From Euglena gracilis (Eukaryota): DNA of 64,000 bases. The notes beneath the pieces are model-generated. The model was not told the DNA's origin. It ran no database searches and worked only from the letters and a program-made list of their open reading frames with translations. This document shows positions 12,645 to 25,000 of the stretch, in pieces (position 1 is the stretch's first letter; the number at the start of each line of letters is the position of its first letter). The stretch spans positions 39,207,816-39,271,815 of the forward strand of contig CP154954.1 in NCBI GenBank assembly GCA_039621445.1, read 5' to 3'. The position numbers and the translations under genes are program-made.

Positions 12645-12932
12645 CTTAACCCCCCCTACCCCCTAACCCCCCCTAACCCCCCCTACCCCCTAACCCCCCC
12701 CTAACCCCCCCCTAACCCCCCCTAACCCCCCCTAACCCCCTAACCACCCCCCCCCCCCCCCTACCCCAACCGAACCCCCCCCTAACCCCCCCTAGCCCCC
12801 CCCCCCTAACCCCCCCTAACCCCCCCTACCCCCTAACCCCCCCTACCCCCTAACCCCCCCAAACCCCCCCTAACCCCCCCTAACCCCCCCTAACCCCCCC
12901 CTAACCCCCCCTAACCCCCCCCTACCCCCCTA
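12645..12932. repeat. Degenerate telomere-like (CnTAA) array
   Basis: Repeated C-runs of variable length separated by TAA/TA. Confidence 0.9.
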
Positions 12933-12958
12933 ACGCCCCACCGCAAACGAGTTTTTTT

Positions 12959-13337
12959 GAGGAAAGAGCGGATGGTAGGAAACTGTCCGGCACGGCGGGG
13001 GGGGGCTCCGCCCCCCCCCCCGAACCCCCCCCAGAACCAAAATAACACCACAATCCCAAGTTTGAAAAATTTTTGAGGAAAGAGCGGGTCGTATGCAACT
13101 GTCCGGCACGGCGGGGGGGGGCTCCGCCCCCCCCCGAACCCCCCCCCAGAACCAAAATACACAATCCCAAGTTTGAAAATTCTTTTTGAGGGAAAGAGCG
13201 GGTCGTATGCAACTGTCCGGCACGGCGGGGGGGGGCTCCGCCCCCCCCCGAACCCCCCCCCCAGAACCAAAATAACACAATCCCAAAGTTTGAAAATTTT
13301 TTTTGAGGGAAAGAGCGGGTCGTATGCAACTGTCCGG
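12959..13337. repeat. ~115-bp tandem repeat, 3 full copies and 1 partial
   Basis: GAGG(G)AAAGAGCGG...AACTGTCCGG recurs at ~12959, 13075, 13188, 13306. Confidence 0.9.
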
Positions 13338-13390
13338 GGGTCGGTTTGACATTCTCCGCCCCCCACAACCCCACCAGAATCAAAACAGCT

Positions 13391-13680
13391 CCTAAGCCCC
13401 CCGCCCCCCCTAACCCCCCCCTAACCCCCCCTAACCCCCCCTACCCCCCTAACCACCCCCCTACCCCCCCCTACCCCCCCCTACCCCCCCCCCCCCCCCT
13501 ACCCCCCCCTAACCCCCCTCCCCCCTCACCACCCCCCCTAACCCCCCCTAACCCCCCCTAACCCCCCCTAGCCCCCCCCTAACCCCCCTAACCCCCCCTA
13601 CCCCCTTACCATCCCCCCCTAACCCCCCCTAACCCCCCCACCCCCCCTAACCCCCCCTAACCCCCCCTAACCCCCCCTAG
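13391..13680. repeat. Second degenerate telomere-like (CnTAA) array
   Basis: Repeated CCCCCCCTAA variants, same orientation as the first array. Confidence 0.9.
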
Positions 13681-14074
13681 CCATTCCCCACTTCGTGCCA
13701 TATGTGCCGAACTGGGGCACCAGGGGGGGATGTGCAATTTGGGTGCGTGTGTTATTTTTACATGGAAAACCAACGGAAAACAGGGGGGGTGTTATTTGGG
13801 GTGGGGTTTTTTGGGGGTTGTTATTTGGGGGGTTTTATACTGAAGATGAGCCTCGCTCATTTTCACTAACCTCTCACCCAGACACCGAAAACCCCCTCTG
13901 TAAACACTTCAGTATCGTATCGCTCTTAAAACCTTATATTCACAGAGACCACAGGCGACCTGTGGCCGCACAAGGATTGATGAGGAGTTTCTCCTTGTGG
14001 CAAGGGCCAAACCACACGTTTCCCTGGGCACAGGGCACGGTCAAGAAGAAGTCCAAAAAAACCAGAAGTCCAAA

Positions 14075-14640
14075 AAATGAGACACGGACAACCTCTCATG
14101 CCCGGCTGTCAACTTCGACAGTTTGTTGTAAAATATTTCACCCACCATGGACTCCTCCAAACAATCTCACTATTTTATGAAAAAGATGCTGCAATGAGGG
14201 AGGAAAGCTCGCCCGATGGTCCACGTCCCGGGGACGTTCTTGTCATGAGGTACGACACGGATGGACCAGCGGCGATCGATGTCACCATCCGACACCCCTA
14301 GGCACCATCTCCGACGCGCCCTGGCACGGATGAGACCTGAAAGTGGCACAAGGCTCAAGAGGAGGATAAGGTGAGGAAGTATGGCGAGTGGTGCCAGCGG
14401 AGAGGCTGGACATTAATCCCCTTCGTAGTGGACTGCTATTGAGAGATGGGGGATGCCGCACTCACAATCGTTACCAATTCTGTTCACCTCCTTGCCGGCC
14501 AGGCGACGCATGGGAGAGAAGGGGAGTTGAGGGCAATTGCTGGCAAGCACTCAGTAAGGTAATGTCCAGAGAGTTGGCGGGGCAACTGGTTTTGGGGGCA
14601 GTGCGTGAGGACTCGGCCGATGGGGGCGTTGCCGAAGCTC
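14075..14640 (+). pseudogene. CRE-like restriction-like endonuclease (RLE) fragment (mirror ~47560-48120, -)
   Basis: RPGDVLVMRYDTDGPAAIDVTIRHP ... EEDKVRKYGEWCQRRGWTLIPFVVDCY matches RLE PD-(D/E)xK and KxxKY motifs. Confidence 0.8.
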
Positions 14641-15479
14641 GTCGACCGTACACATAAAAAGAACAGCACGCCCAGCCTCTAAAGCCCAGATATTTCTCAA
14701 AGCTGTGTATGCAAAGTTTTTCCAGGTGCCCATAGGGCCTGTCAGTACAACAAACTGAGGTGCGCTGGTGGAAACAACTGCTGCCTAAAGTGGACTTCGA
14801 CTCACGACTACGGCAGAGGACCTCTACAGCAGCCAAAGCAAGCAAGACTCTACACCCGTCACGCTACCAAATTAGCACGATGGAGCCGCAACGACACCCC
14901 GAGGAGCCGCAAGGCAGGAAAGACAACAAGCTGACCTGCGGCACCTTACCATTCCCCCCATAAACCTGCCGAGATGCCGCCCACCCGCCACTGGAAACCG
15001 GGATCACCGGCCCACCGGTCATCAACACCCAGACCGTAAACGGCACTGACACCCGCAACCTCCCAATTGCCTGCCCAACCACTCTTACTCACGTTGCCGA
15101 AGAACTCCGGAAGCTGAGCAACAACGGCCTCGCCTCGGGCTGTTACTATTGTATAAGCTCGCCCTATTACCTTCCGTCCCTTCACAAGCGAGCATAGAAT
15201 GTTGCCTCTGTATATAGCCTTACTGCTCCAAGCTCCTCAAATCCAGTAGGCTGTTCCACCGGTCGGTGGACTCGGTTCGCCCAACCACCGTTCGGAAGGT
15301 TGTACAGCTCCCTATGCCTTGGGCCTGCCCGCTGCCGTGGACATCCTTTCCAAGTGCGCTAACGATTGTTTGCGACACCCCTCAATGAACTTGGCCAGAT
15401 TGCCCCACTGCCGCAATGGGCCAATGACAAAAACTTGATCTTCAGGCACAGTCTCCACACAATACATAACGTTGGTGGA

Positions 15480-15790
15480 ATCAGCAGAGCATGCTTTCCC
15501 GCCAGAAAACACTTTCTGACGCATTAAATGGACCTGAAGCTATACGCTTTGCAAGCCAATGCCAACCACGTGCCGTGGCGTGGGCCGCTTTGACACCATC
15601 TCAAGGACTGCGCACCCTTTTACCCACAGCTGAATTCCGCTGCACACTTCGTTGGTCCCTCACATGAATGGAATGGAATGACCCTCACACCAATGGAATC
15701 CTATCCCAAACTCTGTCCCAAATGCTTTGCATCATCAGTTTTTCTCGGACACCACCTCGTTTGCTGCAAATCAAACTTCATTACCACAGG
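15480..15790 (+). pseudogene. CRE-like post-RT/zinc-finger fragment (mirror ~46430-46710, -)
   Basis: AWAALTPS..LPTAEFRCTLRWSL..CPKC...GHHLVCCK, a CCHC finger typical of RLE retroposons. Confidence 0.7.
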
Positions 15791-17167
15791 CAAGCTTCAC
15801 AGCCTGTAAAGAAAACGACCTGAATTACCGTTTACTGCCTGGGTACATTTGTGCGGGATAACCTTCTTTGCTTCTCGGCTTGTTCGAGGTCCATGGGGAT
15901 TCCCTGCCACCGCACAGGATCGATTACCCTGTCCAGTTGAGTCTCAACTCCCCGCGTGGCCTTTGTTATAAATTGTTTCATCTCCTGTTACTTGAAAAGA
16001 TCTTTTCCTTTCTCGGGGTTAGTGTGGGGTGGGCCCTTGGGGGGTCTCTGGCCACAGAACGGGTATAAAAAGCAGGCAGGTCTTGCTAAAAGCAGCGAAA
16101 GGCCTTCAAATTGCGGGTCGTGGTCAGACATTGACGCAAGGGAACAAGCGCTTCTTAGGCACACCAGCAGCAACAATTCCTGCTTCAGAATTCACTTCAG
16201 ACCACAAGACCTGTACCTGAACAGAAAATTAACTTAGAATTCAAATGAATCTTGACAAACTTGAATTGACTTGAAACTGGAACCAGATTTGCCGTTGCAA
16301 ATGTATAATCAGATTGAGGAAGGACAGAATAGTGACCGCGCCTTGTAGAAGTCAGTGTGGCCAGCCTTGTGTAAAATGTGGTCCGAGGTTAAAATTCCGT
16401 CAGGAAGGGATTATCCTTATTGTTTCGTCATTGAAACTGCAGGTCCCTGGTTAGTCCAAGTTCTCTGTTTAATTCTGGGGCGCCTCGGTTAGCTTTTAAG
16501 GGTGGCGCCTGAGGTTAGCCAACTTGCCAGGACACTCAGCACTCCTGACCCGCACTCCCCTTCCCAAGGAGTTGTTTACAACTCTTCTCGACTCACTTAG
16601 GAAGGGATGCGGAGTGCGTTTGTTAAAAGGGGGCTGGACCGCTCATGTGCTGGTCACAGGCCGGTCCACCGTCTTCCCTGCTCGAAGGGGGGGGTCTGGC
16701 CTGGTTGCTTTTTCTTTTTTTTAAGGGGCTGTCCCCCCCAGGTCCCTTGTCGAGTGGGGGAGGGGGCAGGCGCAAGGCGCCCATCACAGACCCCGCCGTT
16801 TTTGCAAAGGGGTAGCACCCGTTTGGGGGGTTCCGCCTGCACCTGCCAAGCGGTCAGCCACCGGCCAGGTGCGAATTCTTACAAAAATCAAGCGAAGGCT
16901 GAGTCAGGGTCTTCCGGTTAAAATCAGGCTGTGGCAGGGTGTGAGTCAGGGGTGCTTAGTGCCCAAAACAACACAACCTAACACTACCCAACCTGATGAC
17001 TCCGCAGTTAGGATTATGAAAATTATATTAGGAAATACAAATACGCTGACTCCATCTGTCCCTGCACAGGGCTCTGTCTCTGTTTTTGTCTGTTTTAAGT
17101 TCAAGAACTGAATTATCTTGGTGGCATCAGTTATCATTCTTACCCTGGACATTACGTACCTTGGTCT

Positions 17168-20100
17168 GTGGATTCATTTGTACTTCATTTGTGGCTTTGC
17201 TTGCTGGATTGCTTGTGTATTTTTTTATCAAAGGAAAGGTGTGAGCCAACCAACCCACCTGTTTTCACCCAAAAAAACCCACCCAAAACAAGAAAAATGC
17301 AATTTCTGAAACAATCCGCAACGGGAATTGAAAAAACCCTGACCGGGGTTAAAGATCCTACGCAACGGGGTGCCGGCCCCGAGGGACTGGAAACTCAAGG
17401 GCGGGTACCACGAATACAACATGGTAGCAGAGGTAGGTTGCCCATTTGTGATTCCCCTCCAACATGCGGCTACGAACAAGAAACTGAAAAACGACAAGAA
17501 AGTGAAGAGAATGACGCTGACATGCCAGCTGCCGAAACCGCCATCGCTAGGGTGGTGGAGCCGGCGGATGGCTGTCCAGCTCTGAACCAAACACTGGATG
17601 TGCCAGCTGCCTTAACCGCCATCGCCAGTGTGGTGGAGCAGGCAGATGGTTTCCCAGCCCTGAACCAAACACTGGAAACGCCAGCTGCCTTAACCGCCAT
17701 CGCTAGGGTGGTGGAGCCGGCAGATGGCGTTGCCGCCATATACCAGTCACTGGACAGCAACAGGTGGACTGAAACTGAACAAAACGGCACAGACATTACA
17801 GTGCCGCAGGCATGCAATGACAGCCCACGTGTCGTTGCCATGGTGCACATGGACCAGAACGACACTGAAAAGACCGGTCCATCACCAGACTACACTGAAC
17901 TGGACGAAAACAACGAACCGTACTTTGACAAACAGGTGTTTGCACCACAAAACTGGCTCCAACTGCCAGAACATGACGCTCAGAACAACCAAAGCTGGCA
18001 AACCGCAACAGCACAGCAACCAGGAACCCAGAGTTTTGCTCTGGTGGCGGTGCGACAGAGACCGGAACAACCTGACCGCCTCCAGGGTGAAATTGAAACT
18101 TCGTACCAGGAACCATCGTACAGCTCGTACGAGATTCCGAAGCTGGAACCACAGAACCAGGACACTGACTGGGACTGGTGGTCGAACTTTGCTTACGAAA
18201 CTAGACAGCTGACCCAGGAATTTCAACAGTTCAGACACAAAACTGAACAGACGAACCAGCAAACGGCAGAAACACTGCAGCAGCTACAGCAAAAAACGAC
18301 GGAATGGGTCAGCGAACTGCACGCAACAGTCAACAGACAGGCTGAAGCACTCCTGACAGAAATCAAAGGCAGACACGAAGAACTGACAACAGTCCTCGCA
18401 ACAACGCAAGCGAACATGGAACTGGTGACAGTGAACCAGAACAAACTGTACCAGGAACATTTCAACGGAATGTCACAGCAGATCGCGGAAATCAGGGAAA
18501 TGTCTGGCTCAACGGGCGAAAAACTCAGGGAATTTCACAGTTTTCTGCAGATGGCTGGTGGAAATGCACAGAACCAGGGTGAACATCTGGTTGGTTTACT
18601 GCACCGACAGCGAGAAAACGAAAAAACAACTGCAGAACTGCAACAGAGAACGGCTGTGGCAGAAGAACGGGTTGCAGGAATCACAGGCGGCGTCCAAGCG
18701 GTGAACAGCAAAGTGGACGAAACTGTGGCAACAGTTTTCAGAAAGGTTGAAAAACTCAGAGGCGAAATCAGCAGTGTGGTGGAAAGAATTCAGAAGGACA
18801 TGGGCAGTGAAATCGGAAATCTAGCAGGACGGGTTCAGCAGCAGGAAACAAAAAAACAACAACCATTCAAAACTGTGATTACCTGCACAAAAAAATGGTC
18901 GAACTGCAGAAAATACCAGATCAGCAACAGCAGATTACACAGCTAAACGAGGAAATCGGCAGACTGAAACGACAGGTGGAAAACCTGACCTCCAACGAAG
19001 AAAAACACAAGCAACGCACTGAACGACTGAACCTGGAGGTCGGCAGCCTGGGTCACAAGGTGGACGAAACAGTCCAAACGACTCAAAAACTGCTGGGTGA
19101 ACTGCAGAAAGGTGCCATTAAGACGGGAACACATGCCACACCGGAACAAGCTAAATGGATGAAAATGACATCTGCCACTAGCTCAATGACACCCAGGGTC
19201 GGTCAAATGGAAGCAAAACTGGCTGGTCTGACAACAAAACGGCAGAACGGGAAACACATGACAACAGCATTTACATGCTCTGACCACGGAACTGCAAACA
19301 CAGCAGAAACGGTGGACAGAACAGTTGGTGACCCTGGACAGAAAACACAGCACAGTGACAAAAACGACTGAGAACCTGACCGGAAAACTGGAAAGGGAAA
19401 ACACCCAGCAAATCACAAACCCCAGCCCTAGCCTGGCTAAAATACCCAAACGTCTTGAAAATTTAAGCATTTCTTCTCGCCCAGCCTGCACAGGGGCCTT
19501 CTGGCCGGAGACAGGGGCCGGCCCCCTGGCCAGTGGGCCTCCCGCGAGGTCCCAGGCTGGACAGCCAGGGGCAGCCACGACAGCCCAACGAACGGAACAG
19601 CCCACCCAGGGGACAGACAGGGCCTCGGGCCAACGGGGATCAGGGACCGCACAACCCCAGAACCTGCCCCCAGCCCCGAGGGGCCAGCCCATAGGGCAAC
19701 CTGGGACGGGGACCCCAGAACCCCACACCTGGTTGACGGGGATGGGGACCCCACAACCCCTGGCCCAGCCACCGCCAGCCCTGAGGGGCCAGCCCGCAGG
19801 AAGCCAAAGGACGGGGACCCAGAACCCCAGGCCTGTCAAACGGGGGAGGGGACCCCACAACCCCTCACAGGTACGTTCAGCCAGAGCAGCCAGCACTGGG
19901 GGGCTGAAACACCACACCCAAAAATGGAAGGAGTAGCTGCAACACTGGGGACCGTTAACTCGGCTTCCCTGGTGGGGCAGCTCATCCAGCAAGAAATAAA
20001 GACTGCCTTGACACCTTTAATTGCCCAACTGACTCGACAAACGGAACAACGACCGACTGCAGTGCCGACCAGCCCAGCACTTCCGACGAACCCGACAAGC

Positions 20101-21743
20101 CCTGCACCACAGCCAACCCAGCCGACGCAGCAGACTCAACAGCCAGTGACGACACAACAAAACCCACAGTTCTGGACTCGGGGCTTGTTCATGTGGGCAG
20201 ACGAAACAGAAACTCAGAAAACAGCCACAACAACCTGGGTGGGACCCCAGGTGGGGTCTACCCAAACTGCCATCCATCACATAGGAGACGAAACAGTGGT
20301 GGCACCCGTTGCAACGGCCCCGACAGCATCCTTCGGGCTGCTGCTGGGTCCAGTGGGCGCGGCAATGACAAAAGACCTGGTAAGACCAACACTGCAGGGG
20401 AATTTCGTAGATTTTGCCGTGAAATTTCCAATGCACCTGCAACGTGTGTCATCCAGTCAGGGGTCCCTGACTGATGACCTGAAACTGTCACTGCTGGAGG
20501 GCAGCCTGGACAGTGCCAGTAAACTGGAACTACAACGCAGACAGGAACGCGGTGAGAAAATAAAATACCAGGAATTTTGGAACTGGTGTGCCAGAAATAT
20601 GGTGGAGACACGCAATCAGCCATAAAAGACGAACTGAAAAACCTGAGACCAAAAACGGAAGGAAAACTGACACTGGAAGCGTGGAGGGAGTTTGATGCCC
20701 ATTTCAAACTCCTCTACAGCAGGCTGGAAAATCCATCAGAGGAAGACGCTTACAACCCGGTGGCTGAAAAAATGCCTGAAACACAACGCAGAAGCTGCAT
20801 CAGGGAACAGGACCGCAGAAATCAGGACAGACCAACACTGAAACTGAAAGGGGTCACGAACATTACGAACGTCCCAGATGCAACGACGGAAGACGTTTGT
20901 GACCTGGTGGCAGCAACTGTGGGTACAGGTGAGAATTTTCAGGTGGCACGAGACGGACAAAACTTCAGAATCCATCTGCACAGCAGCAGAGCTGCTGAAC
21001 TGCTCCTGATGAAAAACTGTTCAACGCTGCTGACTGGACACAAACCACACTTCACACAGGTGCAAGCCAGACTGACTCTGGACGAACTGTTCGAACGGGT
21101 GGAAACTGAACTCAGGTGCCAACAACAGTCAGACTCCCTGGGTAAGGAGTACAACGGCTGGCAGAACCAACCTCGTGAAAACAGATCACGGTCGATGGAC
21201 CGCAGGGGTTACGTCAGGGAAGACAAGGAGGAGGAAAAAACAAAATACAGAAGTCGGACACCACCTTCCAGATCCCGACCCAACTCCCCTGGACCTCGAA
21301 CCACAACACCTGAAAAACCAAGACCCCCCTCTCCACGCCAGCAGGTGCCCATGGCAGTTTCAGAACAGCCTGGCCAGGGACGATACACCAACTGGTCAGA
21401 CTGGAGACAGAACGACTAAGGCAAAGGCAAAGGAAAGGGGAAAGGTCAAAACTGGGGTTCAACCCAAAACTGGAACCAGAACCAGAACTGGAATCATAAT
21501 TACGGCAAGGGCTACGATTCCGGAAAGGGATACAACTCTGGGAAAGGATACGATTCTGGGAAGGGGAGCGGGAAAGGAAAAGGTAAAGGGCAGCCACAGC
21601 CACAGCCAGCAGTAACGAAAACTGAACCACAGCCACAACAAACCAATTCACAGGGGCCAGCCAACCAGCCACGGGGACAGCCAAAGGCGGAAGCAGCCTC
21701 CAGCAATCGCTGGCAGCCAGTTCAAAATGCAGAACGGAAGTGA
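17168..21743 (+). pseudogene. gag: Family A gag: repeats, coiled coil, capsid-like region, RS- and GKG-rich tail; frameshifted
   Basis: ORFs 17168-18946, 18895-19371, 19924-20625, 20577-21419; similarity to ORF 58443-62597 (LKLSLLEGSLD vs LKLQLFTMTLD; GKLTLEAWREF vs GKITVQEWRDF); ends TGA 21741-21743. Confidence 0.75.
17524..17757 (+). repeat. 78-bp (26-aa) coding tandem repeat, 3 copies, in family A gag
   Basis: GCCAGCTGCC at 17524, 17602, 17680; unit PAALTAIARVVEPADGxPALNQTLxx. Confidence 0.95.
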
Positions 21744-21977
21744 AGGGGCTGCGGCCTGAGGGTAGGGGACGAGAGTGGCGACTCTCTGCAGACACAACCG
21801 AAACAACTAGACAAAACAAGGGAACCAGGTCCAGAGCCGCAGCGGTCATACACACTGGTTAAGGGAGGTAAGAAAAAACCTCAAAAGAAAAACATCCTGA
21901 CAAAAAAACGACTCCACAGCCCAGAACCGAAAAGGGAACAGGTCAGCTGCAGGTTCGGCAGAGCGGCTTCACGGTGG

Positions 21978-22390
21978 GTGTCTGAAAACTACCACGTGAA
22001 GGAAGATAAAATGACGGAAATTCTCTCACACTTCGGGGTCCAGCCCCTGCTGGATGCCATAGAAAAGAAAAAAAACAAAAGATTCTCGCAATGGTGGCAT
22101 CGGGCAGCCCTGAGGGCACAGACGCATTTGAAAAAGACTGGCACGGAAAACTGCTGTGAATGAACTCCCCATTCAGCAAAACTTCACAGGTGGTGAGAAA
22201 AATTCAAACAGACGAGGCCCATGCACTCCTCATGGTACCCAGATGGGTTCACAGAAAATGGTACGGAGAAATCAAAAAACTGGCAGTGATGTCAATGTTC
22301 ATTTCAGCGAAAACAAAACTGTTCGAACAGGGTGACAAGAAAAGCAGGGAAACACCGTGGCCCGTGGAAGTGTTTTTGGTATACGGACAC
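21978..22390 (+). pseudogene. Dam-like N6-adenine MTase domain of family A (left copy, disrupted)
   Basis: ENYHVK..ILSHFGVQPLLDA..DAFEKDWHGKLL*MNSPF..ALLMVPRW..KWY..TKLFE..PWPV; motif IV appears as NSPF. Confidence 0.8.
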
Positions 22391-22624
22391 AAAACACGGT
22401 GCAAGTACCTACCAGGTTTCCACAAACATTTCACCCCCCTACACCCGACATCCAAGGTGAGGTTCGGCACAGCCCACGAGTACCCGCCAGTGGAGGACGA
22501 GGTGGAGGGTGGTGAACAAAAAACCGGTTTGGGAACTGAAAAACCACATAAATACATCAGAAAAGTGCAGGAGGCAGCCACAGCGACACCATAACAGGCC
22601 ACAGCAGAAAAACTGAAACCGAAA

Positions 22625-23190
22625 ATGCTGGACATGTTCTGTGGAACAAAGTCAGTCAGCAAGGTGTATGAAGAAATGGGTTTCGAGGTGGTGACAGTGG
22701 ATTCAGACCCCAGGTGGAAAGCGGATTACCAGGTGGACGTACTGTACTGGGACTTCAGGAAACATTTCAAACCTGGTGACTTTCACACGGTGGTGTGTGG
22801 GGTTCCCTGCACAGAATTCAGCATTGCCCTGACGACAAGACCCAGAAACCTGGAAAAAGGAGACAGCCTTGCAAAGAGAGCCCTGGAAATTGTGGAATTT
22901 CTGCAGCCGCAAAAATGGTGGTTGGAAAACCCAAGGTACGGATACCTGAGAAAACGAGATGACACGAAACCGTACCCGTACATTGACGTGGATTACTGTC
23001 AATACACTGACTGGGGTTACAAAAAACCAACACGAATCTGGGGCAGCCCTGACATCCTGCAGGTACCAGCTAAACGGTGTGACGGAAAAACCTGCAAAAA
23101 CCTGGACCCGAACGGTGGTGGTCACCTGGTGAAACTCAGCAACAAAAACAACATCCCAGCCTTCAAAAAAATTCAGGATCCCAGATCAAC
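22625..23190 (+). CDS. C5-cytosine DNA methyltransferase domain of family A (left copy)
   Basis: Motif I LDMFCG, VTVD, motif IV GVPC (catalytic Cys), motif VI LENP, DYCQY..WGYKKPTRIW. Confidence 0.9.
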
Positions 23191-23415
23191 TGATTCAGGA
23201 CCTGGCGGGGTTCCACGAACGGCTACGGCAAACCAGCCAAGCCCAGGCCGCGCAGCAACCACCGCTGCAGCGGCCCAGCCCTGCCCAGACTGCACGACAA
23301 AACATGCTCTCACAGCCCAGACCAGAACCCAACAGGTCAACAGCCAAACCCAGATTCAACTGACAAAACAGAACCAGACCAAAACATTCGGCTTCCAAAA
23401 CGACTGTGTGAACCG

Positions 23416-23961
23416 GTGTCCAAACTCCTGCTGGGGCAGGTCATCAGCAGAAAGAAAGCAAAACAACTCCTCATCGAAGTCCGTGCTGTTTTGCCAGACG
23501 GCAAAAAAATGTTCCTACAGGCCCTGATTGACACGGGAGCACAGGCAAACCTGGTGGAAAAGAACCTGATTCCCCAACAAAACTTCAGACGTTCACAAAA
23601 ACCCCTGGCACTGATCACAGCGGACGGAACAAGGATGGAAGAAGGACTACACGAAGTCACACTGGAACTGCAGTTTTCATCAAGGGTGCACAACACGGAC
23701 AGGACAAGGGAGTGGTCCACCATTGGAACTTTCCATGATGCCGACATCCAAGTGGATGCCATCCTCGGGTATCCGTGGATGGAACAACGCCAACTGGGGG
23801 TTTTCTCACACCTACAATCACTAGCCCTCATAGGTGAACCACTGCGGCTGCTGTCCAGTTGGCACCAGCTGAAGGAACAAAAACACAGGGAACGGAAAAT
23901 ACACCAAATTCAGAAAAACATTTCGGCAGTGCGGGCAATGAATTTGCAGATTCCTGCTTAA
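23416..23961 (+). pseudogene. Retropepsin aspartic protease
   Basis: ALIDTGAQANLV ... DAILGYPWM. Confidence 0.9.
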
Positions 23962-24033
23962 GAGGGCCAGGACGAGGAAAGACTGTTCGAAGACGAAACA
24001 ACACTGGAAACACTGGCGAAAGAACTTCAGAAA

Positions 24034-25000
24034 TTGGCAAAGAAATATGACAGGGTACACGGTGTTGTGGTGCTGCCAGAAGGACATGAAACACAAGGTG
24101 AAAAGGTGGCTGATCTGGTGAAAAAACTGCGGCAGGACTATGAAGGAGTGGTCTTGCAAGACAAAATCTACCCAGACCCCCCAGAACGCGGACCACTGGG
24201 ATTTGGAAAGATTGAGCTGAAACCTGGAACAGTGGCAAAAAAGCAAAGACCCATCCACATGACAGGAGAACGCACTCATCGACATGGTGGACGAATTGGT
24301 TAGGGACCTGAAAGTGGAAGACGGGATGAGTGACTGGTCCAGCCCCACGTTTGTGGTGGCAAAAAAGGTGGAAAATGGAAAGGGGTGGTGGATTTCAGAG
24401 CACTGAACGAGGCAACAATCACAGATGCCCATCCCCTGCCTGGGATAGAAGACATCCTAGTTCAACAAGGACAACGGGCCATGTACAGTGTACTGGACCT
24501 CAAAGACGCGTTCCATCAGGTGCCACTGAGAACAGAGTCCAGACCCTACACCTGCTGCAGCACACCTAAGGGAACAAAACAGTGGAGAGTGGTGGTCATG
24601 GGAATGAAAAACGGTGTACCGATTTTCCAAAGGGTGATCGAGTACAGCCTGGAGGAGGTACAGGACATTGCAAACCCCTACGTGGACGACATAATCGTAG
24701 GAACCGTATGGCAGGGGTCAGAACACAAATCCCTCGAACAACACGACAGGGACATCAGAAGGGTGATGGAGGCACTGGAAAAACAGTAACACCGTGGCAG
24801 ACATCAAGAAATGCAAATTTTTCGTGAAAGAGGTTGAACTCTGTGGACATGTGCTGGGTGGTTGACAACGAAAACCAGCACCTGGGAAACTGATGGCCTT
24901 GGAAAAATGAAAGGAACCAAAAACGGTCACAGCCCTACGGGCATTCCTGGGATTCACAAACTATTATGCCTCATACACTCCAGGGTACGCGGAATTGGCT
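24034..25000 (+). pseudogene. Ty3/Gypsy reverse transcriptase (disrupted)
   Basis: WSSPTF, VVDFRALN, LDLKDAFHQVP, MGMKNG, PYVDDII, KCKFF, FLGFTNYY; internal stops. Confidence 0.93.

Noticed and set aside
12959-13337. CRISPR-like array
   Set aside because: Whole units repeat with no unique spacers, there are no cas genes, and the context is eukaryotic TE DNA
12645-13680. True chromosome end
   Set aside because: The arrays are short, irregular and internal, and their flanks are contiguous in the mirror arm
13970-14010. Hammerhead or HDV-like ribozyme (TTGATGAG)
   Set aside because: Lacks the CUGAUGA/GAAA core, and the homologous copy at ~30900 lacks the motif
15800-16500. Coding remnant upstream of family A
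   Set aside because: No motif recognised in any frame
21978-23190. Bacterial restriction-modification system or contamination
   Set aside because: The MTases are embedded in frame in retrotransposon polyproteins, with no cognate restriction nuclease or operon structure
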